Part shown: piece after piece, positions 19,481 through 29,828 of the stretch
How the letters are laid out: the number at the start of each line of letters is the position of its first letter
How positions within the stretch are numbered: position 1 is the stretch's first letter
Assembly (NCBI GenBank): GCA_937952265.1
Contig: CALFYW010000016.1
Span: 270,661-334,660 of the forward strand
DNA from: an uncultured bacterium
GTDB taxonomy: Bacteria; Patescibacteriota; Minisyncoccia; Phycocordibacterales; GCA-2401445
Direction of reading: 5' to 3'
Length of the DNA: 64,000 nucleotides
Made by a program: the position numbers and the translations under genes
The notes under the pieces: generated by a model
Told to the model about the DNA's origin: nothing
The model's database searches: none
Seen by the model: the letters and a program-made list of their open reading frames with translations, nothing else

Positions 19481-20113
19481 ATGGCAGGTATTTTCTGTTT
19501 TTTTCTGGCAAGCACGCTCGGTGCTCAGATTCTCAGTTGGAGTTTTGACGGTGCCATAGGTGATGAGGAAAGTTTTCTTCCTGATACCGTTGGACTTGGG
19601 ATTTCAGCAAGTTCAATGGTTCGGGGGTTGGGATTAACCAGTGTTTCAGGCGCGGGAGCATTTAATGCAAGAGGTTTCTCGACCGGAGCAATTGAGAGCG
19701 AAGACTATTTTGGTTTCTCTCTTGCTCCAGAAGCAGGAATGCGACTCTCGCTTTCCTCATTGAGACTTGATGAACGGCGTTCTTTGTCAGGTATTCGAGA
19801 ATGGTCGGTTCGTTCGAGTCTCGATAATTACACCACTGATTTAAGGGCGTTCTCAGTACCCGACAATAGCGATACTCGAATAGGGCAAACCATAAGTCTT
19901 GGAAACTCATTTAATGACCTTGATCATATGGTCGAGTTTCGTTTCTTCGGGTACGAAGCCGAAAGCTCACTCGGTACCTGGCGCATAGATAATGTTTCTC
20001 TAGATGGGCTCGCCACACCAGTACCTGAACCAGAAACCTACATGATTGTTGTTGCTTCGGGACTTATTCTTTTCTCTCTGGTACGGCGTTATTATCAAAA
20101 GTCTAAGGCCTAA
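19481..20113 (+). CDS. Secreted protein with PEP-CTERM-like C-terminal sorting signal
   Basis: Signal peptide MAGIFCFFLASTLGAQ. C-terminus TPVPEPETYMIVVASGLILFSLVRRYYQKSKA has a VPEP motif, a TM helix and a basic tail. Confidence 0.55.
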   Translation: MAGIFCFFLASTLGAQILSWSFDGAIGDEESFLPDTVGLGISASSMVRGLGLTSVSGAGAFNARGFSTGAIESEDYFGFSLAPEAGMRLSLSSLRLDERRSLSGIREWSVRSSLDNYTTDLRAFSVPDNSDTRIGQTISLGNSFNDLDHMVEFRFFGYEAESSLGTWRIDNVSLDGLATPVPEPETYMIVVASGLILFSLVRRYYQKSKA

Positions 20114-20170
20114 TCGGGCTAGTACTTACTGGCAGTTTTACACACCTCGCTCCTATCGGCGCGAGGTTTT

Positions 20171-20731
20171 TTACGCGCGTTCTACGTATTCTCCAGTTTC
20201 GGTATTAATTCGAAGTGTATCTCCAGTATTGATAAAAAGTGGAGCAGAAATAACCGCTCCGCTTTCAAGCGTTACTTGTTTATTTCCGCCTTGTGCGGTA
20301 TTGCCCCGAACCGCAGGAGGAGCATCAGTCACTTTTAATTCCACCTTAATAGGGAATCGTACACCAATAATCTCACCTTTAAAACGAACTGATTGTATGA
20401 CGAGTCCTTCTTTGAGGAATCGGCGCTCGTTACCAAGTAGGGTGGGTGGTAATTCGAAACGTGTTTTAGGATCTTGAGGAAGAGAAAACCAATATGATCC
20501 ACGATGCTCATAAATATACTGAATATCCTGAGTCTCTAGTTGCGCTTCATGAGCTTTTTCAGAAGCTCCAAAAGAGCGTTCGGTAACACTTCCGGTAATG
20601 AGATTTCGGAGCTTAGTTTGATTGACAGGTTTTCGCTGTTGTTTTCGGAATACATGAGAAGCAATGACTTCATAGGGTTCGCCATCAAGTTCAATGTATT
20701 TCTTTTGTGTAATCTCGTTATAGGCAAGCAT
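20171..20731 (-). CDS. efp: Elongation factor P
   Basis: MLAYNEITQKKYIELDGEPYEVIASHVFRKQQRKPVNQTKLRNLITGS has EF-P domain I with a KPGKG-like loop; the ORF extends to 20755. Confidence 0.85.
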   Translation of the reverse strand: MLAYNEITQKKYIELDGEPYEVIASHVFRKQQRKPVNQTKLRNLITGSVTERSFGASEKAHEAQLETQDIQYIYEHRGSYWFSLPQDPKTRFELPPTLLGNERRFLKEGLVIQSVRFKGEIIGVRFPIKVELKVTDAPPAVRGNTAQGGNKQVTLESGAVISAPLFINTGDTLRINTETGEYVERA

Positions 20732-20825
20732 ATTCCACGTGCATTTCATTGGCACAAATCAAACGTGCCAAGGTCGGATCCCATCTTAGCGTATCTTTTG
20801 TATTTTGTCACGAGCGGATCAAAAC

Positions 20826-21830
20826 TTATTTTTCTGCCATTTTGGCTCGGATTTCCTTCAGGATTTGTCCCGCAATCTTTTCTTCTTTTCGAAGAAAATG
20901 ACGTGTTGCGTCATAACCTCTACCGAGACGCACTTCATTAAAGCTATAAGAAGAACCACTTTTTTTAATAATATTAAATTTTTCACCAAGGGCGATGAGT
21001 TCTCCTTCACGGGAGATTCCTTCATTGTACATGAGGTCAAATTCAGTGACTCGAAATGGTGCAGCAACTTTGTTTTTGACTACTTTTGCTCGAATACGTG
21101 ACCCCATTACCTCATCTCCCTTTTTGATTTGGGCAATACGCCGAACATCAATACGTACTGAAGTATAAAATTTAAGCGCCTTACCTCCTGGAGTAGTTTC
21201 TGGATTTCCAAACATTACTCCAATTTGCATTCTAATTTGGTTGATAAAAATCACAATTGTTTTACTTCGCGCAACGATACCAGTGAGTTTTCGGAGAGCC
21301 TGCGACATTAATCGAGCCTGTTTCCCGACATGGTGGGCGCCCATATCTCCCTCAATCTCATCTTTTGGAGTAAGCGCGGCAACCGAGTCAATAACAATAA
21401 CATCAATTCTTCCAGATCGAACAAGACTCTCGGTAATCTCAAGGGCCTGTTCTCCAGTATCAGGTTGAGAGATGAGGAGTTCGTCAATTTTGACTCCAAG
21501 GCGTCTTGCATATTCAGGATCCATCGCATGTTCTGCATCAATAAATGCACAGATACCGTTTTTCTTTTGTGCTTCTGCCACCACATGTAAGGACAAGGTT
21601 GTCTTTCCCGATGATTCGGGTCCGTATATTTCAACAATCCGACCTCGGGGAAGTCCGCCTACTCCAAGCGCATTATCAAGCCCAAGAGATCCAGTGGGGA
21701 TGGCGTTCACATCTACATGGGGCTTCTCCCCAAGCTTCATGATGGCATCGTCTCCAAACTTGGTTTTGATTTGATCAATGGTTGCACTGATACTGTCGGG
21801 TGTTGGTGAGGCTACTTTCTTTTTTGGCAT
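20826..21830 (-). CDS. recA: Recombinase RecA
   Basis: [20 protein letters not shown] (Walker A) and the L1/L2 loops; 334 aa. Confidence 0.95.
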   Translation of the reverse strand: MPKKKVASPTPDSISATIDQIKTKFGDDAIMKLGEKPHVDVNAIPTGSLGLDNALGVGGLPRGRIVEIYGPESSGKTTLSLHVVAEAQKKNGICAFIDAEHAMDPEYARRLGVKIDELLISQPDTGEQALEITESLVRSGRIDVIVIDSVAALTPKDEIEGDMGAHHVGKQARLMSQALRKLTGIVARSKTIVIFINQIRMQIGVMFGNPETTPGGKALKFYTSVRIDVRRIAQIKKGDEVMGSRIRAKVVKNKVAAPFRVTEFDLMYNEGISREGELIALGEKFNIIKKSGSSYSFNEVRLGRGYDATRHFLRKEEKIAGQILKEIRAKMAEK

Positions 21831-21834
21831 ACTA

Positions 21835-22185
21835 TTAGATCTTTTCTCGGTAAATAATCCTCTGAATTGTCTGTTCTCGATCGAACCGGTCTTCGGTTAC
21901 AGCTGTTATTATAGCATATCCAGGGGGGAGTAAGACATTTTCTGAAAATTGGCCGTCCTCGCTTATAAACACCGATCTTCCATTAATGGTAAGTGATTTT
22001 ATGTTTTCTCCGTAACCGCTAATTTCAATTGATGGGGTGGTAATCAGAGCTCCATTGAGAGGTTGTTCGATGGTAATTGACGGTCCGGTAATGATATTTC
22101 TTGCTTGTCGATAGAGATACCAGCCACCAGTGCTTACAAGGACAAGGAGTACTATGATTTTAATCATCGAGAAAAATGAAGGCAT
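21835..22185 (-). CDS. Small membrane-anchored hypothetical protein
   Basis: N-terminal TM helix plus beta-rich ectodomain; co-directional between ftsK and recA. Confidence 0.45.
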   Translation of the reverse strand: MPSFFSMIKIIVLLVLVSTGGWYLYRQARNIITGPSITIEQPLNGALITTPSIEISGYGENIKSLTINGRSVFISEDGQFSENVLLPPGYAIITAVTEDRFDREQTIQRIIYREKI

Positions 22186-22188
22186 ACC

Positions 22189-24354
22189 CTAAAATTCCTC
22201 ATCTTCATCAGTTGTTTCTCTGTCTTCTCCAATGAGTACCGAACGGGGGCGAGACCCTTCTGCCGGGCCAATCACTCCTTTCTCTTCAAGCATATCCATA
22301 AGTCGGGCCGCTCTAGAGTAACCGATTCGAAGCTTTCTCTGAAGGTATGAGGTTGATGCTTTTTTTGATTCTATAACAATAGCTCGAGCTTCTTCATAGA
22401 GATCGTCATCCACCGGATCCTCTGAATCTCCCCCTGTTTCAAATAAAGGGTTGGAGTCGTCTTGGGTTTGCGAGAAGGAGATTTCGTCAGGGAGCTCGTG
22501 TTGATAGGAGTCTCGAAGGTATCCAACCACTTTTTTTACTTCTGATTCAGTAATATAGGCTGATTGGATACGTTTAGGTTTCGACATTTCTCCTGATAAA
22601 TAGAGCATGTCTCCTGCACCTAAAAGTTTTTCCGCACCACTGGCATCGAGAATAGTCCGAGAATCGATCTGAGATGAAACTTGAAGCGCGATACGGGCAG
22701 GGATGTTTGCTTTGATAAGCCCCGTAATAACATTTACTGACGGGCGTTGTGTAGAGAGGATCAAATGAATACCAACCGCGCGACTCATTTGTGCTAAACG
22801 CACTACCGCGGCTTCAAGTTCTCTGGGATATGACTGCATAATATCTGCGAGCTCATCAATCACGATGACAATATACGGCATTTGATCCGGAAGTGGGGAA
22901 GTGTCTTCTTTTTTTCGTTTTTTTAGTAATGGGGCGAGAACATTTCGGTGGTATGATTCAATATCGCGTACTGACGCCTTTTCAAGGAGATCATATCTTC
23001 TCGACATTTCTTTTCCCGCCCATTTGAGCGCGAGGATCGCTTTTTTCGGATCAGTAATTGTTGGTGTAAGAAGATGTGGAATTTGATTATATAGAGTGAG
23101 TTCTACTCGTTTAGGGTCAATTAAAATAAACCGTAAATTTTCAGGTGCATTTCGAAAGAGAAGTGAGGTGAGGAGCGAATGAATCGTAACCGATTTTCCA
23201 GAACCGGTTGCACCAGCAATCAAAAGATGGGGCATTTTCGCAATATCTGCAAAGCATGCGCTGCCAGAAATTCCTTTTCCAAGGGTAATAAAAAGTGATC
23301 GATCAGTGTTTTGGTATTCTTTACTTGCAAGTAAGGTGCCGAGTCCAACGGTTGTTTTGGCGGTGTTGGGTATTTCAATACCAACGAGTGATTTTCCGGG
23401 AATTGGAGCCTCAATTCGGATTGGGTGTGCTGCGAGTGCGAGGGAGAGATCGTTTTGCAAACCAAGAATTCGAGAAAGCTTCACCCCCTCTGCGGGCTTA
23501 AGCGAGTATCGGGTAACCGATGGACCGACTGAAATTTCATCCATTTCAACGGTAATACCAAAATTTTGTAGGGTGCGTCTAATAATAAGGGCATTTGCTT
23601 TGATGTCGCCAACTCCTGGTTTTCCTTTATCTTTTTCAAGTAATGACAAAGGGGGTGGTGTGTATCGTTTTGCTCGAAATGGGGCCAAACGGATGCCATC
23701 TTCTTCTTGTGGTGGAACGGGACGTTCTTTTGTGTGCGCGGGTTCTTTCTCTGGTTCAGGGTTTTTTTCATGCGACGTTTCTTCAGATATTCCGTTTAAT
23801 ACTGGCATTGTTGCATCGTCTTCCGCTTCAGTTTGGGACTTCTTTTTTCGAAAGTGAGCAAAGAAATTAACGATATGTTTAAAGCTTGAAATCTCAATGT
23901 TAAAAATAATGAGCACCGAAATAATAAGTACCCCAACAAGAATAATACCCCCTGCGTAAATCCCCACTAAAGTTTTAATCGGGGTGCTAATAAGATCTCC
24001 AAGCAATCCCCCGGAACCACTTTTTGCGAGGGAGAGGATCCCAAGTCCTGAAGCCAAAAAGAGGAGGGACCCAATACCACGGGTGATAGCGAATGGTTGC
24101 AATTCTGATTTTCGAAAAAAAGATGCAGATAAGGTAAGGAGTAGTATAGGTAAAATAAAATAACCTAAGCCCACAGCTTTTTCTAAAATCTGGAATAATT
24201 TACTTCCAAGCACACCCGCACTTCCAAATGAAGCGAGAATAAAAAAAATGCCGACTACTAAGAGAAGTATTCCGTATACACTCTGTTGTGTTTCGTTGCG
24301 GAGCTCTTTCAAAAAAGTTCGTTTTTCGATTTTCTTTCTTCCCATGCTATTCAA
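22189..24354 (-). CDS. ftsK: DNA translocase FtsK/SpoIIIE
   Basis: N-terminal TM helices, proline/charged linker, LIAGATGSGKSV Walker A, and C-terminal gamma-domain-like wHTH. Confidence 0.9.
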   Translation of the reverse strand: MNSMGRKKIEKRTFLKELRNETQQSVYGILLLVVGIFFILASFGSAGVLGSKLFQILEKAVGLGYFILPILLLTLSASFFRKSELQPFAITRGIGSLLFLASGLGILSLAKSGSGGLLGDLISTPIKTLVGIYAGGIILVGVLIISVLIIFNIEISSFKHIVNFFAHFRKKKSQTEAEDDATMPVLNGISEETSHEKNPEPEKEPAHTKERPVPPQEEDGIRLAPFRAKRYTPPPLSLLEKDKGKPGVGDIKANALIIRRTLQNFGITVEMDEISVGPSVTRYSLKPAEGVKLSRILGLQNDLSLALAAHPIRIEAPIPGKSLVGIEIPNTAKTTVGLGTLLASKEYQNTDRSLFITLGKGISGSACFADIAKMPHLLIAGATGSGKSVTIHSLLTSLLFRNAPENLRFILIDPKRVELTLYNQIPHLLTPTITDPKKAILALKWAGKEMSRRYDLLEKASVRDIESYHRNVLAPLLKKRKKEDTSPLPDQMPYIVIVIDELADIMQSYPRELEAAVVRLAQMSRAVGIHLILSTQRPSVNVITGLIKANIPARIALQVSSQIDSRTILDASGAEKLLGAGDMLYLSGEMSKPKRIQSAYITESEVKKVVGYLRDSYQHELPDEISFSQTQDDSNPLFETGGDSEDPVDDDLYEEARAIVIESKKASTSYLQRKLRIGYSRAARLMDMLEEKGVIGPAEGSRPRSVLIGEDRETTDEDEEF

Positions 24355-24461
24355 TCATAGCACGAGAAAAAGGAAGATTGAATGAATAGTGTTAGAGGGA
24401 CTATAAAGTTTTTAAAGGAAGAGTTTCATCAGGATTTTTATTTCATCAAGGCCGGCATTTT

Positions 24462-24491
24462 TTGACTTTTACGCGAGAAGAAGAGTACAAT
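24462..24491 (+). promoter_or_regulatory. Candidate sigma70-type promoter for the 24557 gene
   Basis: TTGACT, an 18-nt spacer, then TACAAT in the divergent ftsK/24557 intergenic region. Confidence 0.35.
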
Positions 24492-24556
24492 AGGGGCACA
24501 ATACTCTAAAAGACAGGAACAGTTACTTACAGGACACAGAGAGGCCCATAAAGATT

Positions 24557-25330
24557 ATGGCTTTTATAAAAAACAAAAAGGACATTGAGGAGAATCTAAA
24601 AATAGGCCTATTTTCTGGCGACCAAACCGCTATCTTTTTGTACAAAAAGACAGAACGTATTGTGCAGGCAATGTATTTAGTCACAGAATTTTTAGATGAC
24701 CTTGAGCCCTTGAAGAGAGGGCTAAGAGAAAAAGGACTCAATTGCATTTCGGACGTAACCCTCTTTTTGGTACATGGAAATAGTGAGTATGCATCCCCGT
24801 TACTACAGAAGGCGAGCATGTCGTTAGTACTCCTGCGTTCATTAGGGGATTTGGCTTCAGAAAGTGGTCTTATTTCATCCATGAATATGGGTTTGATTCG
24901 GGATGAGATTGGATACCTGATTCGATCGATCGAGGTGTATCGGGGAGACCAACACGCAGGAACCCCATTCCTTTTAAAACGCGACTTTTTTGAAACAGGG
25001 AATGGAGTCTTTGCTAATAAGGCGAGAGATAAATATAAAGGACAACAAAATTCGTCCTTGAATAAGAATTCGGTTACAAAACAGTCCAATCTAGGACAAA
25101 TGGACACTGTTCAAGAGAAATCCAATGTTTTTGAATCATCAAGAAAACAAGCCATAAGAAATATTATCGCTACTCGAGGAGAAGTGAGTATAAAAGACAT
25201 TGTAGGAGTAATAAAGGACTACAGTGAGAAGACAATCCAACGGGAGTTATTAGAAATGGTGCAGCTCGGTATTTTGGAAAAAAAAGGGGAGCGACGCTGG
25301 AGTCGTTACACGCTTAAGCGCAGTGGGTAG
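24557..25330 (+). CDS. Hypothetical protein with C-terminal winged-helix DNA-binding domain
   Basis: C-terminus SIKDIVGVIKDYSEKTIQRELLEMVQLGILEKKGERRWSRYTL is wHTH-like; the N-terminal 170 aa are unassigned. Confidence 0.5.
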   Translation: MAFIKNKKDIEENLKIGLFSGDQTAIFLYKKTERIVQAMYLVTEFLDDLEPLKRGLREKGLNCISDVTLFLVHGNSEYASPLLQKASMSLVLLRSLGDLASESGLISSMNMGLIRDEIGYLIRSIEVYRGDQHAGTPFLLKRDFFETGNGVFANKARDKYKGQQNSSLNKNSVTKQSNLGQMDTVQEKSNVFESSRKQAIRNIIATRGEVSIKDIVGVIKDYSEKTIQRELLEMVQLGILEKKGERRWSRYTLKRSG

Positions 25331-26113
25331 TGAACCCTTCCAGATTTTCGTTTTTGTGAGCCAATGTAAGATAGATCGAGCATTTTATGTTTCGTGTAGA
25401 GGGTGGTGCGTCATTCGTTGACTTTTTAGCTTTCTCGGGTTACTATGCCAACGCAGTGTGGTGTCGCTTGCTCTAGGGAAGCGGTAATGCGTTTCTTAAA
25501 TTTAGCAGTTATCCACACTATATTTTGCAGGAGAGAACTGCAAATAATATAATGTCGGAAGGCTACGTATGGGTGCTTTTTGTCACGTATCTTTCGAAGA
25601 CCGGATGCTTGATTTTTCTTAAAAAGAGTTCTTGAAAAAATGGTGCAGTTGAAATTTGGAACGAAGCTCATTTTGTGTAAAAAATGAGTTCAAAAAGGAT
25701 CATAAATTAACCAAATTTTTCGCTCAATTTTTTAAAGACGGTTTAAGAAAAAATTAGAGGCTGTTATTCATAAGTTCATTGAAAATTTAATATTCGGAAT
25801 CGCTCAATGTGTGATTCATTAATTATTACTATTTAATGTGCGTTGTTATCACCACAGTTATGGAAGCAGTGAGCAGACACAGGTGTTTATTTCAGTATGA
25901 CCGTTTAACCATTACCAACTAATTTGTATTCATTTTTCTTTTTTATTTTAAGAGAAACGGATATGAAATAGTAACCGGTAGAGACATCGATTTTCTCGAT
26001 GTTTCTAATTGAAAATTAATTCGCATGACCATATTGGCTTTAAGTCGAAAGCTAATAAAGCATGCACCAGTACTCCGTGAATAGCGGAGTGCAAATTATT
26101 AGAAATATACAGT

Positions 26114-29100
26114 ATGAACGTTATTAAAAAATCTAAAGCTCTGAAAATGGTTGCCGTTTTTGCAGGAATTGCAATGGCGCTTTCATTGGTTGCGGGAGCC
26201 GGTGTTGCTAATGTACAAGCAGCGTTGACACAGAGTCAGGTAGACTCAATCATCAGCTTGCTTCAGTCATTCGGCGCTGATGCTGCAACAATTCAGAACG
26301 TGCGTGTATCTCTTGAAGGAGGCACCCCAACAACAGGGGGTGGCGGTACCACCGGTGGTGGCACTGGCTATGTCTTCAGTACGGATCTCCAGCAAGGAGA
26401 CACTGGTGAAGATGTTCGCCAACTTCAGATCGCGCTCAACAATGATGGAGTAACTGTTGCCGCAACAGGTGTTGGATCACCAGGTAACGAAACTTCGTAT
26501 TTTGGTTCCCTCACAAAGTCAGCAGTAATTCGATTTCAGAACAAGTATGCTTCTGAAATTTTGACTCCTGTTGGTCTTTCAAATGGTACCGGATACGTTG
26601 GTCCATCAACACGAGCAAAGCTCAATAGTATGGGGACCGTAGTGGTAACACCTCCTCCAACCACTGGAGGTGGCGGTACAACCACTCCTCCTCCTGCAGT
26701 TGGAACTGGGTTGACTGTTTCAAAGCCAACACAGCCAGAAAACTCACTTGCTCCACAAGGGGCAGCACGAGTTCCTTTCACTAAAGTTACACTCACCGCA
26801 GGTTCTGATGGTGCAGTAACCGTGAATAGTCTAACCGTTGAACGCGTCGGTCTTGCACAAGACAGCGCATTCGCGAGCATCGTCCTTTTGGATGATCAAG
26901 GATTACAGGTTGGGCTTTCAAAGACCTTCAATTCAAATCACCGCGCAACGGTAGGTGAAGCAGTAACTATTCCAGCAGGTCAGTCACGAACCTTTACGGT
27001 TGCAGGAAACATGGCAGCAAGCCTTGCAAATAATGCGGGTGAAGTTCCAGCATTGTCAGTTGTATCAGTTAACACTTCAGCAGCAGTAAGTGGGGTGCTC
27101 CCTATTGTTGGTGCAGCACACACCACGAATGCAACGATTTCAATCGGAACCGTAACTGCACAACGTGGTCCGCTTGATCCAAATGCAGCTGTTACCAAAA
27201 ATGTTGGTACTACGGGCTACATTTTCTCATCAGTAAAGATTACTGCAGGTTCAGCAGAGAAGGTACGACTTCATTCAATTCGATGGAATCAAGCATCATC
27301 AGCTTCTGACTCAGACTTGAAAAATGTAAAGACTGTTGTTGATGGAGTAGAATACCCAACAACACTCTCAGCAGATGGTAAGTTCTACACCACGACCTTT
27401 GGAAGTGGCATTGTCATTGATAAAGGTTTAAGCAAGGAGATGTCAGTAAAAGCTGACATTGACAGTGGGTCAGGACGAACTATTGCGTTCAACGTTGAAG
27501 AAGCAACCGATATTCACCTTACCGGTGAACTCTATGGTTATGGTATTTCACTACCAACATCAGGAACAGGTATTTCATCAGGAAATATCTGGTACGCAGG
27601 TAAAACCGTTACCATTGCTGCAGGAAGCATGACTGTTGAAAATGCAACGAGCGTAGTATCTCAGAACATTGCAATCAACCAGAACGATCAAACACTCGGA
27701 GGATTCAATGTTGATATCAAGGGAGAGCCAATCTCTGTTGCACAGATGGTATTTAATCTCGCAACCACAGGTAGTCCAACTACTGGTGGATCAAGCCAGC
27801 TCATTACCAATATCAGTATTGTTGATGAAAACGGCGTAGTAGTAGCGGGTCCAGCAGATGCAACCGGAAGCACCGCAGCTCAACAGCAAGTAACCTTTAC
27901 GGATACAATCGAATTCCCAGTTGGGAAGCGCACGTATACCTTGAAAGGTAAGCTTGGTTCGAACTTCGCAAACAATGGAACTGTTATTGTAAGCACGACC
28001 CCAACTTCAAACTGGACAACCATTAAGGGTGTTTCAACTGGTAAGACCGTAACTCCGTCATCAGCAACGGTAAGCATGAACACCATGACCGCAAAGTCTG
28101 GAGCATTGACCATCAGCGTCTCTCCATCACCTGCAGCACAAACCATTGTGGCGGGTACACAAGACTTTACGTTCGCAAATTATCAACTTGACGCAACTGC
28201 ATCAGGTGAAGACCTTCAGATGAGCTCATTCATTCTTGAGTCCGCAGTAAACAGTGGTGCAACAAACATCACCAACTGTCGTATCTTTAACGGGGCTACT
28301 GCACTCACTACAGGAACGAATGCAAAAGACTCAGTTACGAACTCATCAACAACCACCTTTACCTTTGATGTGCCGCTCACAGTTCCAAAAGGAACGGTTA
28401 CCACTTTGGCACTCAAGTGTAATGTTGCATCAGGCGCAACAGGAGTTTACCAGTTCGGTTATGATTCAAGTGCATCACCAACTGCAACTGGTTTGATTTC
28501 TGGTCAAAGCGTCTCAATTGTTGAGAACGACAGTGCTGGTCAGCGAATGACTTTGGCTTCAGCAGGAACGCTAAGCGTTACTGAAGATTCATCAAGTCCT
28601 TCATACAAGATCGTTTCAGCAGGAACCACTGATAATACTCTGAACGTACTTCGTTTCGAGGGTACCAATGAAGACATCCGTCTTCAGGAAATAGCATTGG
28701 TTCTTACCAACACATCTTCTTCATCACCAAGTGATATCAGCAAGGTAACACTTTGGGATGGAGCAACGAAGGTTGGTGAAGCAATCTTTACGGGAACCAA
28801 TACGGTTGCAACCTCAACAATTACAGGTACCGTGATTGTTCCAAAGAATGACAGCAAACTTATTACCATTAAGGCAGATTTGGCCGGACATGGGCAAGGT
28901 TTGGTTGGTCAACCAGGAGCATTCATTGCGATTGACTGGGATTCTTCAGCAACAATCGGTACTACCGGTATCGGACAGGGAAGTGGTCAAACCATCGAAG
29001 CAGGTGGTTCAGGTAGCGACACTTCTTCAGCTGGTATCCGTGTATTCAAGTCAGTACCAACCATCGAATTGGTAAGCTTGCCAACATCAAAATTGACCGC

Positions 29101-29725
29101 AGGACGACAGCCGATCTTCCGATTTAAGGTAACGGCGTCACCACAAGGCAGTGTTGGTATCTACCAGATCACCTTCCGTATGTCGACCACTTCAGCGACA
29201 TCACAGAGTGGTATGATCACCGATGTTAACGCATATGCGTTTACTGACTCAGGATACTCAAACCCAGTATCAGGTCTTTCAACCACTGACGGTCGTTTGG
29301 CAGCAAGCCATAGCAATACATGGGCAGCTGCAACTACCGACATTGAAATCACTGCAAATGATGGAAGCAATAACACCACAGTTATTGTTCCAGCAGGCCA
29401 GACCCGATACTTTGAGATTCAAGGTACTGCAACACTTGCGGGTACCCAGTATAGCTTGGCAACACAACTCCAAGGTGACGCAAAGTTTGTATCTGATCGA
29501 GCAAGCTCTGCACACCCAGCAGGTACGTCAGGAACTGCCGCAGGATCACCTGCAACCTTCTTGGCAACCTCGACTTATATAGCAGCAGCGGGTGATGATG
29601 ACTTTATCTGGAGACCGTTCTCAACTACTACAAGTCAGAGTGCAAATGCCAACGATTACACCAACGGTTACGGTATTATCGGTTTGCCAACTGGAAATAC
29701 CAACACCCAGGTACTCACACAGTAA
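26114..29725 (+). CDS. Large secreted cell-surface protein with PG_binding_1 domain and repeated beta-sandwich regions (S-layer-like candidate)
   Basis: Signal peptide; GTGEDVRQLQIALNNDGV...GSLTKSAVIRFQNKYAS...GYVGPSTRAKL matches the peptidoglycan-binding repeat; G/T/P linkers; 1203 aa rich in T/S/G/V/A; distinct codon usage; strong terminator downstream. Confidence 0.6.
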   Translation: MNVIKKSKALKMVAVFAGIAMALSLVAGAGVANVQAALTQSQVDSIISLLQSFGADAATIQNVRVSLEGGTPTTGGGGTTGGGTGYVFSTDLQQGDTGEDVRQLQIALNNDGVTVAATGVGSPGNETSYFGSLTKSAVIRFQNKYASEILTPVGLSNGTGYVGPSTRAKLNSMGTVVVTPPPTTGGGGTTTPPPAVGTGLTVSKPTQPENSLAPQGAARVPFTKVTLTAGSDGAVTVNSLTVERVGLAQDSAFASIVLLDDQGLQVGLSKTFNSNHRATVGEAVTIPAGQSRTFTVAGNMAASLANNAGEVPALSVVSVNTSAAVSGVLPIVGAAHTTNATISIGTVTAQRGPLDPNAAVTKNVGTTGYIFSSVKITAGSAEKVRLHSIRWNQASSASDSDLKNVKTVVDGVEYPTTLSADGKFYTTTFGSGIVIDKGLSKEMSVKADIDSGSGRTIAFNVEEATDIHLTGELYGYGISLPTSGTGISSGNIWYAGKTVTIAAGSMTVENATSVVSQNIAINQNDQTLGGFNVDIKGEPISVAQMVFNLATTGSPTTGGSSQLITNISIVDENGVVVAGPADATGSTAAQQQVTFTDTIEFPVGKRTYTLKGKLGSNFANNGTVIVSTTPTSNWTTIKGVSTGKTVTPSSATVSMNTMTAKSGALTISVSPSPAAQTIVAGTQDFTFANYQLDATASGEDLQMSSFILESAVNSGATNITNCRIFNGATALTTGTNAKDSVTNSSTTTFTFDVPLTVPKGTVTTLALKCNVASGATGVYQFGYDSSASPTATGLISGQSVSIVENDSAGQRMTLASAGTLSVTEDSSSPSYKIVSAGTTDNTLNVLRFEGTNEDIRLQEIALVLTNTSSSSPSDISKVTLWDGATKVGEAIFTGTNTVATSTITGTVIVPKNDSKLITIKADLAGHGQGLVGQPGAFIAIDWDSSATIGTTGIGQGSGQTIEAGGSGSDTSSAGIRVFKSVPTIELVSLPTSKLTAGRQPIFRFKVTASPQGSVGIYQITFRMSTTSATSQSGMITDVNAYAFTDSGYSNPVSGLSTTDGRLAASHSNTWAAATTDIEITANDGSNNTTVIVPAGQTRYFEIQGTATLAGTQYSLATQLQGDAKFVSDRASSAHPAGTSGTAAGSPATFLATSTYIAAAGDDDFIWRPFSTTTSQSANANDYTNGYGIIGLPTGNTNTQVLTQ

Positions 29726-29769
29726 TCTCTGCCACTTGTGCATCTAAGCCTAAAAAGCTAAGATGGGCT

Positions 29770-29804
29770 AAAAACAACCCCCTTTATGGGGGTTGTTTTT
29801 TTTG
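29770..29804 (+). terminator. Rho-independent terminator after the surface-protein gene
   Basis: aaaaacaaccccc ttta gggggttgtttttttt. Confidence 0.7.
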
Positions 29805-29828
29805 CCTTCTATGTTAACGTAACAGCAT

